This document shows positions 62,905 to 64,000 of a stretch of DNA of 64,000 nt, piece after piece (the first letter of the stretch is position 1; each line of letters starts with the position of its first letter). The notes beneath the pieces were generated by a model. It was not told the DNA's origin. It did no database searches and saw nothing but the letters and a program-made list of their open reading frames with translations. The stretch spans positions 146,298 through 210,297 of the forward strand of contig JAJFHA010000022.1 of assembly GCA_021775875.1 (NCBI GenBank). The letters run 5' to 3'. Both the position numbers and the translations under genes were made by a program. Source of the DNA: Hyphomicrobiales bacterium. Lineage in GTDB: Bacteria; Pseudomonadota; Alphaproteobacteria; Rhizobiales; NORP267.

Positions 62905-64000
62905 TTAGAATTGCAATTCTTTGACCTGCGTAACATGAGGCAAATCAGCTACTTCTGAGAGCGCCTTCGGATCAAGCCGACCGTCAATCTCGATCAATGC
63001 GATAGCGTCACCGCCCTTGGTTTGCCGGCCCAGATTGAAGGTGGCTATATTAACACCTGAATCGCCAAGAACCGCTCCCAGCGCACCAATGAAACCGGGT
63101 TTGTCTTCGTTGGTGACATAGAGCATGTGATCGCCAAGTTCGGCTTCCATGTTGATGCCCTTCACCTGGATCAGGCGCGGACGACCATCCGAGAATACAG
63201 TACCCGCAACGGAGCGATCCTGACGCTCGGTGAAAACCGTCAACCGGATATAATTCTCATACGCACCCTGCTGTTCCCGGCGCACCTCTTCAACAACAAT
63301 CCCCCGGTCTTTCACGATGATCGGGGCGCTGACCATATTTACATCCTGGAGCTGGGGTCGCAGCAACCCGGTCAACGTCGCAGCGGTCAGGGCACGCGTA
63401 TTCAATTCAGCGACCGGGCCTTCATATTCAATCTTGACCCCCTTGATCGCGGTTTCGGTCAATTGTCCGGCAAACGAACCGATATGCTCGGCCAGCGAGC
63501 AAAAAGGTTTTAACCGGGGGGCTTCTTCTGCCGTGATAGAGGGCATATTGAGGGCATTCGAGACGGCACCATTGAGCAAATAATCGGACATTTGCTCGGC
63601 AACTTGAAGGGCGACATTTTCCTGCGCCTCACTGGTTGCGGCACCCAGATGCGGCGTGCACACGACATTATCCGTGCCGAAAAGAATATTTTCCGTCGCC
63701 GGTTCCTCAGCATAAACATCCAAAGCCGCCCCGGCTACATGACCTGCATCAAGCGCAACTTTCAGGGCCGCTTCATCGACCAACCCGCCTCGGGCACAAT
63801 TGATAATCCGGACACCTTTTTTGGTTTGGTTGATCGCATCGGCGCTCAGAATGTTCCGGGTCTTGTCGGTGAGCGGCGTATGTAGCGAAATAAAATCGGC
63901 ACGCCGCAACAATTCTTCAAGCTCGACTTTCTCGACGCCAATTTCCATTGCCCGCTCAGCACTCAGAAACGGGTCGAACCCGATCACTTTCATGGAAAGC
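62905..64000 (-). CDS. serA: D-3-phosphoglycerate dehydrogenase (5' part outside window)
   Basis: INCARGGLVDE, TPHLGAAT.EAQ, C-terminal ACT domain. Confidence 0.95.
   Translation of the reverse strand, partial: LSMKVIGFDPFLSAERAMEIGVEKVELEELLRRADFISLHTPLTDKTRNILSADAINQTKKGVRIINCARGGLVDEAALKVALDAGHVAGAALDVYAEEPATENILFGTDNVVCTPHLGAATSEAQENVALQVAEQMSDYLLNGAVSNALNMPSITAEEAPRLKPFCSLAEHIGSFAGQLTETAIKGVKIEYEGPVAELNTRALTAATLTGLLRPQLQDVNMVSAPIIVKDRGIVVEEVRREQQGAYENYIRLTVFTERQDRSVAGTVFSDGRPRLIQVKGINMEAELGDHMLYVTNEDKPGFIGALGAVLGDSGVNIATFNLGRQTKGGDAIALIEIDGRLDPKALSEVADLPHVTQVKELQF

Overview
Alphaproteobacterial chromosome (probably Hyphomicrobiales/Rhizobiales-like; inferred from gene content). Bases 1-~12.9 kb are the right end of a prophage. 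It carries a non-contractile tail module (tail tube, frameshifted chaperone pair, tape measure, NlpC/P60, J-like central fibre, Gly-rich and collagen-repeat fibres), small accessory genes (PLA2-like, DfrB/R67-DHFR-like, membrane moron) and a Mu-type Com zinc finger. Com is followed by a C5 cytosine methyltransferase locus where two ~310-codon ORFs overlap almost completely in different frames and appear to share out the MTase motifs. The prophage ends just downstream of a tRNA-Met. The rest is core chromosome: pmtA, mnmA, a Caulobacter-like flagellar/cell-cycle/chemotaxis supercluster (fliK flgD sciP fliFGHN flbD flhA fliJ fliI ctrA cheRBYWA chpT) with CtrA boxes and a sigma54 promoter, cysQ, eipA, an ECF-sigma/EF-hand module, rluD, rpoH, thiC with a TPP riboswitch, a reductive-dehalogenase-like gene, purA and serA, plus a MITE-like element and palindromic repeats. 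The most striking candidate system is the Com-linked, dual-frame two-subunit methyltransferase at 11409-12514. All calls come from motif recognition by eye; no searches were run.
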